Shown piece after piece: positions 8,423 to 16,282 of a stretch of DNA of 64,000 bases (its first letter is position 1; the number at the start of each line of letters is the position of its first letter). The translations under genes and the position numbers were made by a program. The notes under the pieces are model-generated. The model did no database searches and had not been told where the DNA came from. It saw nothing but the letters and a program-made list of their open reading frames with translations. Origin of the DNA: Chthoniobacterales bacterium (GTDB lineage: Bacteria > Verrucomicrobiota > Verrucomicrobiia > Chthoniobacterales > UBA10450). The stretch is from contig DATMOU010000015.1 in the NCBI GenBank assembly GCA_035568035.1, positions 28,026 to 92,025 of the forward strand. The letters are read 5' to 3'.

Positions 8423-9457
8423 CTATTTCTTAATCGGGACCCATTCGTTGCGGGCGCGGGAATCAGCCACGGCTTGGACGACGCGCATGTAACGGAGGCC
8501 GTCCTCGAAACTCGGTCGCGGACGATTGCGGCCCTTTGATTTCACCGCCGAGATGAAATCGTTTTCCACGCTCCACTCGGTGACCAGTTCTTTGGGAACT
8601 TCCATCTCTTCCATTTCGCGGCCGCCGTATTTCACGCTCCGGACGTGTTCGTTAGTGAAATCGTAAAGCAACGCGCCACGGTCGCCGAAGAGCCGCAGCC
8701 GATCGTTCGGCGCGCCGGCGTGAACGCCACTGAACTCGAGCACGCCTTCGGCGCCGTTTTCAAAAAGGCAGAGCACGTTCAACATGTCGGGAACGATCAC
8801 GTGATAACCGCGCCGCTCGGCAGTCAGAATTTTTCCGCGCGCGAACACGCCTACGATATCGCCGAGCCAGCGTTGCATCACTTCCACGTAAATCCCGAGA
8901 GTGAGGACATTGAGTCCGCTGATCTCGATTTTTTGTCGCCAATGGGCCGGCGCTTCCGGATTCAAATACTGACCGTTAAAGCTCTGCATGCGCACGTCGT
9001 GCGGTTTGCCGATGAAATTTTCAGCCAGCAACTTTTTGATCAACAGATCGGCCCGCATCCCAAACGGCGGCGGACAAAGCATGGTCACCAGTTCGGGAAA
9101 ACGTTTCGACGCAGCGAGCATCTCTTCCGCTTCGGCGAGGTCCATCGACATCCGCGCCTGACAAAAAACGTGTTTGCCGGCCTCGAGCGCGGAAATCGTG
9201 ACCGCCGAATGCATGTAAGGCGGGGTACCGATCCAGATGATGTCGAGATCGGGCAACGCGAGCAGATCGGCCCAGTTCGCCATTGGCGTGGCGCTCGGCA
9301 AATTCTCCTTACAAAACTTTTCGCTGCTTTCGTAGGTCGAGTTCGATACGGCGACGATGTCGACCTCGGGATGTTTTTTCAGCGCGGGCAAATGGCGTGT
9401 TTTAACGATGCCCCCTGCCCCGACGATTCCAATTCTTAGTTTGTTCTTCTGCGTCAT
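8423..9457 (-). CDS. Gfo/Idh/MocA family oxidoreductase
   Basis: N-terminal Rossmann motif (LRIGIVGAGGIVKTRHLPAL) and a typical Gfo/Idh/MocA C-terminal domain. 344 aa. Confidence 0.85.
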   Translation of the reverse strand: MTQKNKLRIGIVGAGGIVKTRHLPALKKHPEVDIVAVSNSTYESSEKFCKENLPSATPMANWADLLALPDLDIIWIGTPPYMHSAVTISALEAGKHVFCQARMSMDLAEAEEMLAASKRFPELVTMLCPPPFGMRADLLIKKLLAENFIGKPHDVRMQSFNGQYLNPEAPAHWRQKIEISGLNVLTLGIYVEVMQRWLGDIVGVFARGKILTAERRGYHVIVPDMLNVLCLFENGAEGVLEFSGVHAGAPNDRLRLFGDRGALLYDFTNEHVRSVKYGGREMEEMEVPKELVTEWSVENDFISAVKSKGRNRPRPSFEDGLRYMRVVQAVADSRARNEWVPIKK

Positions 9458-9654
9458 CTTAATAAATCAATCACTAATGAACACGAATAAGGAGGAATGT
9501 TCATTCTGTCACCATCAATTCGTGTTAATTTGTGCTTGCCACGCCGTAGCCTTTTTGGCGAAGGCGGGTCCATTCGTGATTAACAGTTTCTGCGAGCAAA
9601 TCGGTTGACAAAGCGGCGGCGCGCGGCATCTTGTGCGCCCCTCATCCAAGCACC

Positions 9655-9918
9655 ATGTCGAGAGTTTGTGATATCACCGGTTCGAAGCCCATGCGCGGCA
9701 GCACTATTCGCCGCCGCGGTATGGCCAAGAAAAAAGGCGGCGTTGGCCGGCACGTGACCAAGAACGTGCCGCGCTGGTTCGCCCCGAATCTGCACCAGCA
9801 CCGGGTCTGGGTGCCGGAGCTGAAAAAGTTCGTCCGGATTCGCGTGACCCCGCGCGGACTGAAGACGATCAACAAAAACGGCGCTTACAAAGCGCTGAAA
9901 AAAGCCGGCGCGATCTAG
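9655..9918 (+). CDS. rpmB: 50S ribosomal protein L28
   Basis: MSRVCDITGSKPMRG..N..S.A..K.. pattern typical of L28. The ORF-track frame opens at 9631, but the conserved N-terminus starts at ATG 9655. Confidence 0.9.
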   Translation: MSRVCDITGSKPMRGSTIRRRGMAKKKGGVGRHVTKNVPRWFAPNLHQHRVWVPELKKFVRIRVTPRGLKTINKNGAYKALKKAGAI

Positions 9919-9980
9919 GTGGTGGATCGCCCGCTGCGTCGCGCGATGCTAAGAATTTGATCGCCTTCGGCGATGTCGAA

Positions 9981-10013
9981 TTAACATCGAGCAAGGGACT
10001 GCTCGATCCACCT
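9981..10013. repeat. REP-like hairpin element, family C (TTAACATCG-[GC stem-loop]-CGATCCACCT)
   Basis: TTAACATCGAGCAAGGGACTGCTCGATCCACCT. Six or seven related copies occur in the window. This copy abuts the stop of the minus-strand gene at 10015. Confidence 0.65.
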
Positions 10014-10014
10014 T

Positions 10015-11706
10015 TCAGCTTCCACCGATTTCGGTAGGTTGTTCTTCGGTAGGGCGAGACTCTGTCGAGCCTTCATTCGCAGCCGACCCGCCTTCGCTTT
10101 GCTCCGGCGCGGCGAGCACGGCTGCCTCCACAGGTTCTTCATCCGCCGGTGGCGCACCGGCTTCCACGCGAGCTTCTTTGTCCGCCGCCGACTCTGCCGC
10201 GTCCGTGTTCTCTTTTTGTTCTGCGGCCGCCACGGCCGCCTCTACAGTTTCTTCCTTCTCTTTTGCCTTCGGCGTCTTTGCGCGCGGCAAATCCAGCGAG
10301 CCGTCGTTGAACTCGATCACGTAACCCGCATTGATGAGCCAGAGCAGATCGGAAGCGAGCGCGAGCTTGGCTTTCTCTAAATCTTCTGCGGCTGAGACGG
10401 CCGCCCCTACAGTTTTTTGAGGGTCGACAATCAATTTGTCAGCCAACTCCTTGCGACCGATCCGCGGTTGCGCGGTAATCGCTTCCAAAATTGTCCGGAC
10501 CTGCGGCGAAACGCCGGTTTCATCATGCTGGAACTGCCGCGGATATACTGGCGAGACAAACAACATCCCGCGTCGATGCCGAAAAATATGCAAGTCGACT
10601 TCACGAAAGCGCGCGGCGAGCTCCTGCATCATCGGCGACGGTGACTTGGTTTCGCGGTTCCACTCGTTCTCAATGACTCTGTTCAACACTCGATCGTGCA
10701 TGCGCCGGCTGGCCGGTCCGTCGACGACGACTTCGGAAATTGGTTTCACGATTCCGGGCAGATAATTTTTCTCGAAATGGCGTTCCGCTTCGGTGACGGA
10801 GGTGAATGCCTGCGGCGGTTCCTCGCGCAACGTGGAGTAGGTCGTCACTTTCCGCGCTTCTTCTTTCCATTTCTCGATCTCGGTCGGGTCGGTCACGATC
10901 TGGATTTGCCGCTGATAATCGCTGAAACTCATTCGGCGACTGAAGCGTTGTTCGTAAAGGTTTCGTAAACGTCGCTGGTAATCGTGATGGTTAGTGGGTC
11001 CGAGCAGCGTTCCGCTCAACCGGTCGCGGGCGACGTTGTTGAAATTCCCTTTGATCGGCTCCGTCTCAGTAACGTCTATCTTGTAGAAGTCACCCTGCCC
11101 AAAACGGAACGCGTTGCGCTCCAGAAAATGGCGATCGATAGAAATCGCGCCGTGTTCACCAAGTTGAAAAAGCGAAACGTCCGGCGGCGCGGTCAATTTC
11201 ACATCGTGGCGCGGCGCTTTTTCCAAGAACAGGCGCGCGAGCGAGAATAGTGAATAGGCCACCGTGCCAGACTTGATTTGCTCGACCACGTTCTCGAACG
11301 CGGCCGCCCGCGGCAAGAATCTGACCGCAATCGCTGGCAACGGTTTGTCCAGGCCGGACTGGCGGTTAGGTCCATGATGTCGATCTTTGCGATGGCTGTG
11401 GTCATGCGGACGCGGAGGTCTTCGGTCACGTCCCCCAAGCCGCTCTGGGCGCTTTGCTTTCGAGGACGGTCGATCGAATTCACGGCGCGGTCCTTCAGGC
11501 TTCGAAGTCGGGCGTTGGAAGTTCGGCGCTGGGCGTTTCGTCTGTGGACCACCACCACGTCCTTCGCGACGATCCCGCCCACGTCGTTCATGATGATCTT
11601 CGCCACCGTGTTCGGCATAGCGTTCAGCCGGCGGCGGTTCACTCACCCACGCCGGCAGCATTTTTAGATCGACTAATTCGTCAAGGTCTGGAGACGCGTC
11701 AGCCAC
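10015..11706 (-). CDS. hypothetical protein with an Arg/Pro/His-rich disordered N-terminal region (563 aa)
   Basis: Long uninterrupted ORF. About 120 aa of low-complexity basic sequence (RRGRDRREGRGGG.., RPPRPHDHSHRKDRHH), then a ~350-aa globular region and an acidic Ala/Glu tail. I recognise no family. Confidence 0.65.
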   Translation of the reverse strand: MADASPDLDELVDLKMLPAWVSEPPPAERYAEHGGEDHHERRGRDRREGRGGGPQTKRPAPNFQRPTSKPEGPRREFDRPSSKAKRPERLGGRDRRPPRPHDHSHRKDRHHGPNRQSGLDKPLPAIAVRFLPRAAAFENVVEQIKSGTVAYSLFSLARLFLEKAPRHDVKLTAPPDVSLFQLGEHGAISIDRHFLERNAFRFGQGDFYKIDVTETEPIKGNFNNVARDRLSGTLLGPTNHHDYQRRLRNLYEQRFSRRMSFSDYQRQIQIVTDPTEIEKWKEEARKVTTYSTLREEPPQAFTSVTEAERHFEKNYLPGIVKPISEVVVDGPASRRMHDRVLNRVIENEWNRETKSPSPMMQELAARFREVDLHIFRHRRGMLFVSPVYPRQFQHDETGVSPQVRTILEAITAQPRIGRKELADKLIVDPQKTVGAAVSAAEDLEKAKLALASDLLWLINAGYVIEFNDGSLDLPRAKTPKAKEKEETVEAAVAAAEQKENTDAAESAADKEARVEAGAPPADEEPVEAAVLAAPEQSEGGSAANEGSTESRPTEEQPTEIGGS

Positions 11707-11840
11707 GGTTGTTTTCTACGCCAATGCGCAAATAAAACCAGCGCGTTATGGCGTCCGGAGAACGCAAAAATAGGTGATTGTTTTGCTTGCGGTGCGGCGG
11801 CGGCTGGGTTAACCGTTGCGCTCCAACCCAAAAAAGTTTT

Positions 11841-12113
11841 ATGGCTGACAAAACGATCGAGGAAAAGGTCAAGGACATCATCGTCGAGCAACTCGGGGTA
11901 AACCCGGAACAGGTGACGCCGCAGGCGTCGTTTATCGAAGACCTGGGCGCCGACTCCCTCGACATCGTGGAACTGGTGATGGCTTTCGAAGAAGAATTTT
12001 CCGTAGAAGTGCCGGACGAAGACGCTGAAAAACTGCAGACCGTCGGCGATGTGATCAATTACATCAAAGAACGGGCCAAGGTTGGGGGCGGGGGCGAAGC
12101 GGCTGCCAGCTAG
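11841..12113 (+). CDS. acpP: acyl carrier protein
   Basis: [20 protein letters not shown]...[21 protein letters not shown] with the DSLD phosphopantetheine-attachment serine. Carries an unusual Gly/Ala C-terminal tail. Confidence 0.93.
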   Translation: MADKTIEEKVKDIIVEQLGVNPEQVTPQASFIEDLGADSLDIVELVMAFEEEFSVEVPDEDAEKLQTVGDVINYIKERAKVGGGGEAAAS

Positions 12114-12140
12114 CGCCGCGGCGTTCAATTCAGTGATTTG

Positions 12141-12170
12141 AAAAACACGGCTGCGGCCGTGTTTTTCTTT
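12141..12170 (+). terminator. rho-independent terminator after acpP
   Basis: AAAAACACGGC-TGCG-GCCGTGTTTTTCTTT. A GC stem flanked by an A-run and a T-run, so it is potentially bidirectional. Confidence 0.75.
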
Positions 12171-12208
12171 CGGTTGCGCCTGCTGGGAACCCACCCAGAC
12201 TAACGACA

Positions 12209-13318
12209 ATGGATTTCGGGCTGTTGCAAAAGCCGTTGCTCCACGTCTTCGGACGCGACGTGTCGTTTCTCGGCATCGTCGCGTTCGTCGTTTTGTTTTC
12301 AATCGGCCTCATGACGGCCCGCGCGCTCCAAAGCGACGCAGTGCGCCGTTTTCTGAGCCGGTTCAAAATCGAAACGAACCTGATCGCGATCCTCACCACG
12401 ATTTTGAGCCTGGCCGCGATCGTGTTTTTCACCATGAGCGCGATCAACGCCGCTGGCGTGCCGCTTTCATGGAATGCGCCGCTGCCAGGTGTGAACCTTA
12501 GCCTGTTCCAAATCTTTCTGCTGATCGCGCTGCTTATCGCGGTTTTCTGGTTTTCCTCACGAACGAAACGGTTCCTGTTCAACCGATTTCTCGCGAAGAG
12601 CGGGCTCGATCGCTCGCTGCAATACGCGATTGCTCAGATCGTTAGCAACGTTGTTCTCATCGTCGGCATTTTTATCGTTCTCGACAATGCCGGCATTCAT
12701 CTTGGCGCGTTGACGGTTTTTGCCGGAGCGGTGGGCGTTGGTGTCGGTTTCGGTTTGCAAAACATAGCCAGCAACTTCATCAGCGGCCTGGTCATTCTCG
12801 CCGAGCGGCCGATAACAGTCGGAGACCGGGTCGAAGTCGCCGGCATTATCGGTCAGGTGCAACATATCCGCGCCCGCAGCACCGTGATTGTAACCAACGA
12901 CAACATTACGATGATTGTGCCCAACTCGAAATTCATCGATTCGCCGGTGACAAACTGGACTTACGGCGATCCACGGGTGCGGTTTCGAATTCCGGTCGGG
13001 ATCGCATACGGGAGCGATATAGAGAAAGTTCGCGCAGTGCTGATCGCGGCTGGCAAAGAGAATCCACACACTTTATCGGACCCGGCGCCGAGTGTTTTCC
13101 TAGAAAAATTTGGCGAGAACTCGATCGAATTTGAGCTGGTCGTCTGGAGCAGTGAAATGAGTTATCGGCCGCGGCGTTACCGGAGCGACTTGAATTTCGC
13201 GATCGAGAAAAACCTGCGTGAAGCCGGAATCGAACTCGCGTTCCCTCAACGCGATATCCACATTCGCAGCGGCGTGCTTCAAGTGCAGAACGTCGACGCA
13301 AAAGATCGACATGCATGA
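12209..13318 (+). CDS. mechanosensitive ion channel family protein (MscS-like)
   Basis: Multi-TM N-terminus plus a conserved MscS core (..NFISGLVILAERPITVGDRVEVAGIIGQVQHIRARSTVIVTNDN..). Confidence 0.88.
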   Translation: MDFGLLQKPLLHVFGRDVSFLGIVAFVVLFSIGLMTARALQSDAVRRFLSRFKIETNLIAILTTILSLAAIVFFTMSAINAAGVPLSWNAPLPGVNLSLFQIFLLIALLIAVFWFSSRTKRFLFNRFLAKSGLDRSLQYAIAQIVSNVVLIVGIFIVLDNAGIHLGALTVFAGAVGVGVGFGLQNIASNFISGLVILAERPITVGDRVEVAGIIGQVQHIRARSTVIVTNDNITMIVPNSKFIDSPVTNWTYGDPRVRFRIPVGIAYGSDIEKVRAVLIAAGKENPHTLSDPAPSVFLEKFGENSIEFELVVWSSEMSYRPRRYRSDLNFAIEKNLREAGIELAFPQRDIHIRSGVLQVQNVDAKDRHA

Positions 13319-14480
13319 TGACGTTGCCGTTCCTTTTGCTCAGGGAACGGCCAGATTTCTCAAATTGTCCGATGCGCGAAACCTGGAGGCCTGGCAACGC
13401 GCGTTTCAGGGCAAGTGCAAGGATCATCGCTACTACGAATTGATCGAAGGAACGCTGGCCAACGATTTCGAATATCGTTACGTGGCGCTCGAAGATGCGG
13501 TGGGAACAGTTCGCGCGATTCAACCAATTCTTTTCGTCCGCCAAAATCTCGTGGAAGGAGTTCGTGGCGCTTTTCGGAGGATTGTGGATCTAATCCGAAA
13601 AAAATTCCCTCGTTTCCTCACCATGCGCGTGTTGATGGTCGGTTGCGCGGCGGGCGCCGGTGAACTCGACGCGATAAATTCAGAAAACGAAAAATGGATT
13701 GCAGAAGCGTTAGGCGCAACGCTGCGCGATTACGCGCGGGCAAACAACGCTTCGCTCGTAGTGTTCAAGGATTTCCTCGCCGGCTACCGGCCAACGATGG
13801 CTGTTCTTTGTCGAAACGGCTACACCCGCGTCCCGAGCATGCCGATGACACGATTGCCAATGCCATTTCAAAATTTCGACGACTACCTGCAAACGCTCGG
13901 CTATGTCAGCCGGAAAAGCTTGCGCCGGAAATTCCGGAAAACAGAGCGGGACGCGAAAATCAGCATGGAGGTCATCAACGACGCCTCCCCCATCGTTGAC
14001 CAGATTTACCCGCTTTATCTTCAGGTCCACGAACGCTCACCGATGAAATTCGAACATCTCACCAAGGAATTTTTTCTTGGGATAGTCCAAGCGATGCCGG
14101 AGCAGGTGCGCTTTTTTATCTGGCGAATCGATCAAAAGATTGTCGCGTTCAGTCTGTGTCTGGTTTCTGGTGACACGCTTTACGACGAATGTCTCGGCCT
14201 CGATTATGAAGTCGCCCTCGATCTTCACCTTTATTTTTACACCATGCGCGACCTGATTCGGTGGGCCATCGAACAGAAGCTGCGCTGCTACGTAAGCGGC
14301 CCGCTCAACTACGACCCCAAGTTGCATCTCGGCCATGAGCTTGCCCCGCTCGATCTTTATGTGATGCACACGCGGGTGTGGCTGAACCCGATTTTCAGTT
14401 TCGCATTGAAATATCTAGAGCCGACCCGGCACGATCCCGTATTGAAGAAATTTCCGAACGCCGCGGAGCTGTCCGCATAA
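13311..14480 (+). CDS. GNAT-fold acyltransferase of the CelD/BcsL / FemAB-like type (Acetyltransf_6-like)
   Basis: About 390 aa with a characteristic basic helix (..SRKSLRRKFRKTERDAKI..) followed by a GNAT-like C-terminal half. ATG 13311 overlaps the MscS stop (ATGCATGA). The frame is open from 13218. Confidence 0.6.
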   Translation: MHDDVAVPFAQGTARFLKLSDARNLEAWQRAFQGKCKDHRYYELIEGTLANDFEYRYVALEDAVGTVRAIQPILFVRQNLVEGVRGAFRRIVDLIRKKFPRFLTMRVLMVGCAAGAGELDAINSENEKWIAEALGATLRDYARANNASLVVFKDFLAGYRPTMAVLCRNGYTRVPSMPMTRLPMPFQNFDDYLQTLGYVSRKSLRRKFRKTERDAKISMEVINDASPIVDQIYPLYLQVHERSPMKFEHLTKEFFLGIVQAMPEQVRFFIWRIDQKIVAFSLCLVSGDTLYDECLGLDYEVALDLHLYFYTMRDLIRWAIEQKLRCYVSGPLNYDPKLHLGHELAPLDLYVMHTRVWLNPIFSFALKYLEPTRHDPVLKKFPNAAELSA

Positions 14481-14490
14481 GATCGACATC

Positions 14491-14934
14491 ATGCCAGTCA
14501 ACCGCCAGTCCAGTGCCAGTGCGGCTCGCACCTCGGACCGACCTACCGGTTTTCGTAATCCGTGGTTTCAGTTCGTCCTGAACATCATGGGCGTCGTAAT
14601 TTACGAACTGCTGCTGAAAGCCGGCGCGTCGGCCACCGCCGATTCGGCAAAAAGCTGGTCTTGGATCGGGATCAACGCCCTCGCCTCGCCGCTCACCTGG
14701 CTGGCGATCGTGGTGATCATCGTGGATCTCGTGATCTGGCTCTATATTCTGAAATACATTCCGCTCTCGATCGCGTTTCCGCTGTCGCGAACGGTTGACG
14801 CGCTCGTGCCGATCAGTTGCTGGCTAATTCTCAGAGAGACAATTTCGCCGCTGCGCTGGTGTGGAATCGCCCTGGTGATTGTCGGGTTGATCATCGTTGC
14901 CAAACCGGCGGCCGAATTGGAAGAGCGCCTATGA
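14491..14934 (+). CDS. small DMT/SMR-like membrane protein (EamA half-size, ArnE/ArnF-like), subunit 1
   Basis: 147 aa with four predicted TM helices. TM1 carries ..VIYELLLKAGA.. (membrane Glu). Starts 11 nt after the GNAT stop. Confidence 0.65.
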   Translation: MPVNRQSSASAARTSDRPTGFRNPWFQFVLNIMGVVIYELLLKAGASATADSAKSWSWIGINALASPLTWLAIVVIIVDLVIWLYILKYIPLSIAFPLSRTVDALVPISCWLILRETISPLRWCGIALVIVGLIIVAKPAAELEERL

Positions 14935-15275
14935 CGTGGATAGCCCTCATTTTCATTTTGGTTTGGCTCGCCACGTTTGTCATTGGTCAGCTCCTTTTTA
15001 AACGGGCAATGGACTTCTCAAGCGCGGCTGGATTCCGAGATCACCGGACCATTTTCACTCTTGGCGTCGGGATTCTGGTGATGACAATTTCGTTTTGTCT
15101 AAATCTCGGCCTGCTTCAGCGGTTCGATCTCAGTTATGTTTATCCATTCCAGGGCTCGAGCATCATCATCATCGCGGTGCTGGCGGCGATAGTTTTGAAA
15201 GAGAAATTAACCCCGCGTCTAATCGTTGGCACTTTGTTAATCGCCGCCGGTGTCGTGCTGGTATCAATCAGTTAA
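14931..15275 (+). CDS. small DMT/SMR-like membrane protein (ArnE/ArnF-like), subunit 2
   Basis: 114 aa with four TM helices. TM1 ..FVIGQLLFKRA.. resembles the ArnE ..AGQLCQKQA.. motif. Its ATG overlaps the subunit-1 stop (ATGA). Confidence 0.65.
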   Translation: MTWIALIFILVWLATFVIGQLLFKRAMDFSSAAGFRDHRTIFTLGVGILVMTISFCLNLGLLQRFDLSYVYPFQGSSIIIIAVLAAIVLKEKLTPRLIVGTLLIAAGVVLVSIS

Positions 15276-16046
15276 CGCCGGCCACAATCTTTCGAGCGTC
15301 GCGAGGTTGATCTTTTTAACCTGGTCTACGGGCGGGAGATCGAATTTCGGATGGTCCCAATTCGAAGCGAATTTCTGCTTCCATCGCGCGTATTTCGGTT
15401 CGGAATATGCACCGCAGATATCGCCCGCGATAATCGGATTGTGTTCGCGCAATTTGGACAGCGCCCATTCAAGATCACCGACCGTAAATTGACCGTTCTC
15501 CCAATTCGTGATGGCTTGGTCGGCGCGCAGGCAATCCATATCGATTGTTACGTAAACATTCGCGCCGCGAAGATCCGCCGCGAACTTCTCGAAATGAGCG
15601 CGCCAGTTGTCTCGCAAGATCGAGTTCGGCCGTTGTCGATCGTTCATTGGGCGATCGTCGGCCCAGGGATGAACTTCGAGCTTGCCGTCTCGCTGCGCCC
15701 AACGGTTCGCAAAAATGTTGTGCGGCCACCAGCATTCAAAATTTCCGCAGCCCCAGATCGCAACGTGCCGCAGTTGCTCGAGCTCAAGCGCGCGATTGAT
15801 CCAGCCGCCGCAAGCCCATTTCGGCGGGCGAATGTCCCAATCGGGATGATTATCGAAAGAGACCAGGAGGAACGGCCGGTCGACACGACGAAGCCACAGC
15901 GCGCTTAAATAATGATAATCGCCCGAGCCGTAGAGAATGAATGGCTCGACGCGCTCCGAAAATTCGCGATAGAACTGTTCAACTACCCTCGGCGGCGCGC
16001 AAAAACGCAGACGGGAGCCCCATTCGCAAGCTTCAACTACCGGCAA
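15264..16046 (-). CDS. hypothetical protein, possibly arginase/deacetylase-fold (ureohydrolase superfamily-like)
   Basis: 260-aa ORF. Spaced motifs GSGDYHYLS, SFDNHPDW and TIDMDCL resemble the GGDHS / DAHxD / SxDxDxxDP metal-ligand motifs of the arginase fold. Similarity is weak and judged by eye. Confidence 0.4.
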   Translation of the reverse strand: MPVVEACEWGSRLRFCAPPRVVEQFYREFSERVEPFILYGSGDYHYLSALWLRRVDRPFLLVSFDNHPDWDIRPPKWACGGWINRALELEQLRHVAIWGCGNFECWWPHNIFANRWAQRDGKLEVHPWADDRPMNDRQRPNSILRDNWRAHFEKFAADLRGANVYVTIDMDCLRADQAITNWENGQFTVGDLEWALSKLREHNPIIAGDICGAYSEPKYARWKQKFASNWDHPKFDLPPVDQVKKINLATLERLWPALTD

Positions 16047-16099
16047 TTGAAACGGTTCGCCTGGCCACGATTCATCCAGTCTTAGATAGATCGAGCGCT

Positions 16100-16282
16100 T
16101 CAGAAGTGGTTACCGGTTGAGCTCGAAATTTGGCCTTCTTGCTTTTCAGTAGCATGCAAGCCTTGCGGAACTTCAGGTGAACTCGGGTCCAATCGCAATG
16201 CTTCCGAAAATTCCGCGACAGCCTGCGAAGCCTGACCCTCCTGCGTATAGCTGGTGGCCTGCATCGGACCGACGCCTAGCCG
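16100..16282 (-). pseudogene. in-frame TPR-repeat extension or relic downstream of the TAA stop of the 16283-18226 gene
   Basis: The 60 codons after TAA stay open in the same frame: RLGVGPMQATSYTQEGQASQAVAEFSEALRLDPSSPEVPQGL..*. They closely mimic the last TPR of the upstream protein (..QQGRTSQAIMQYEEALRLDPTLTEVAENL..). Confidence 0.45.
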
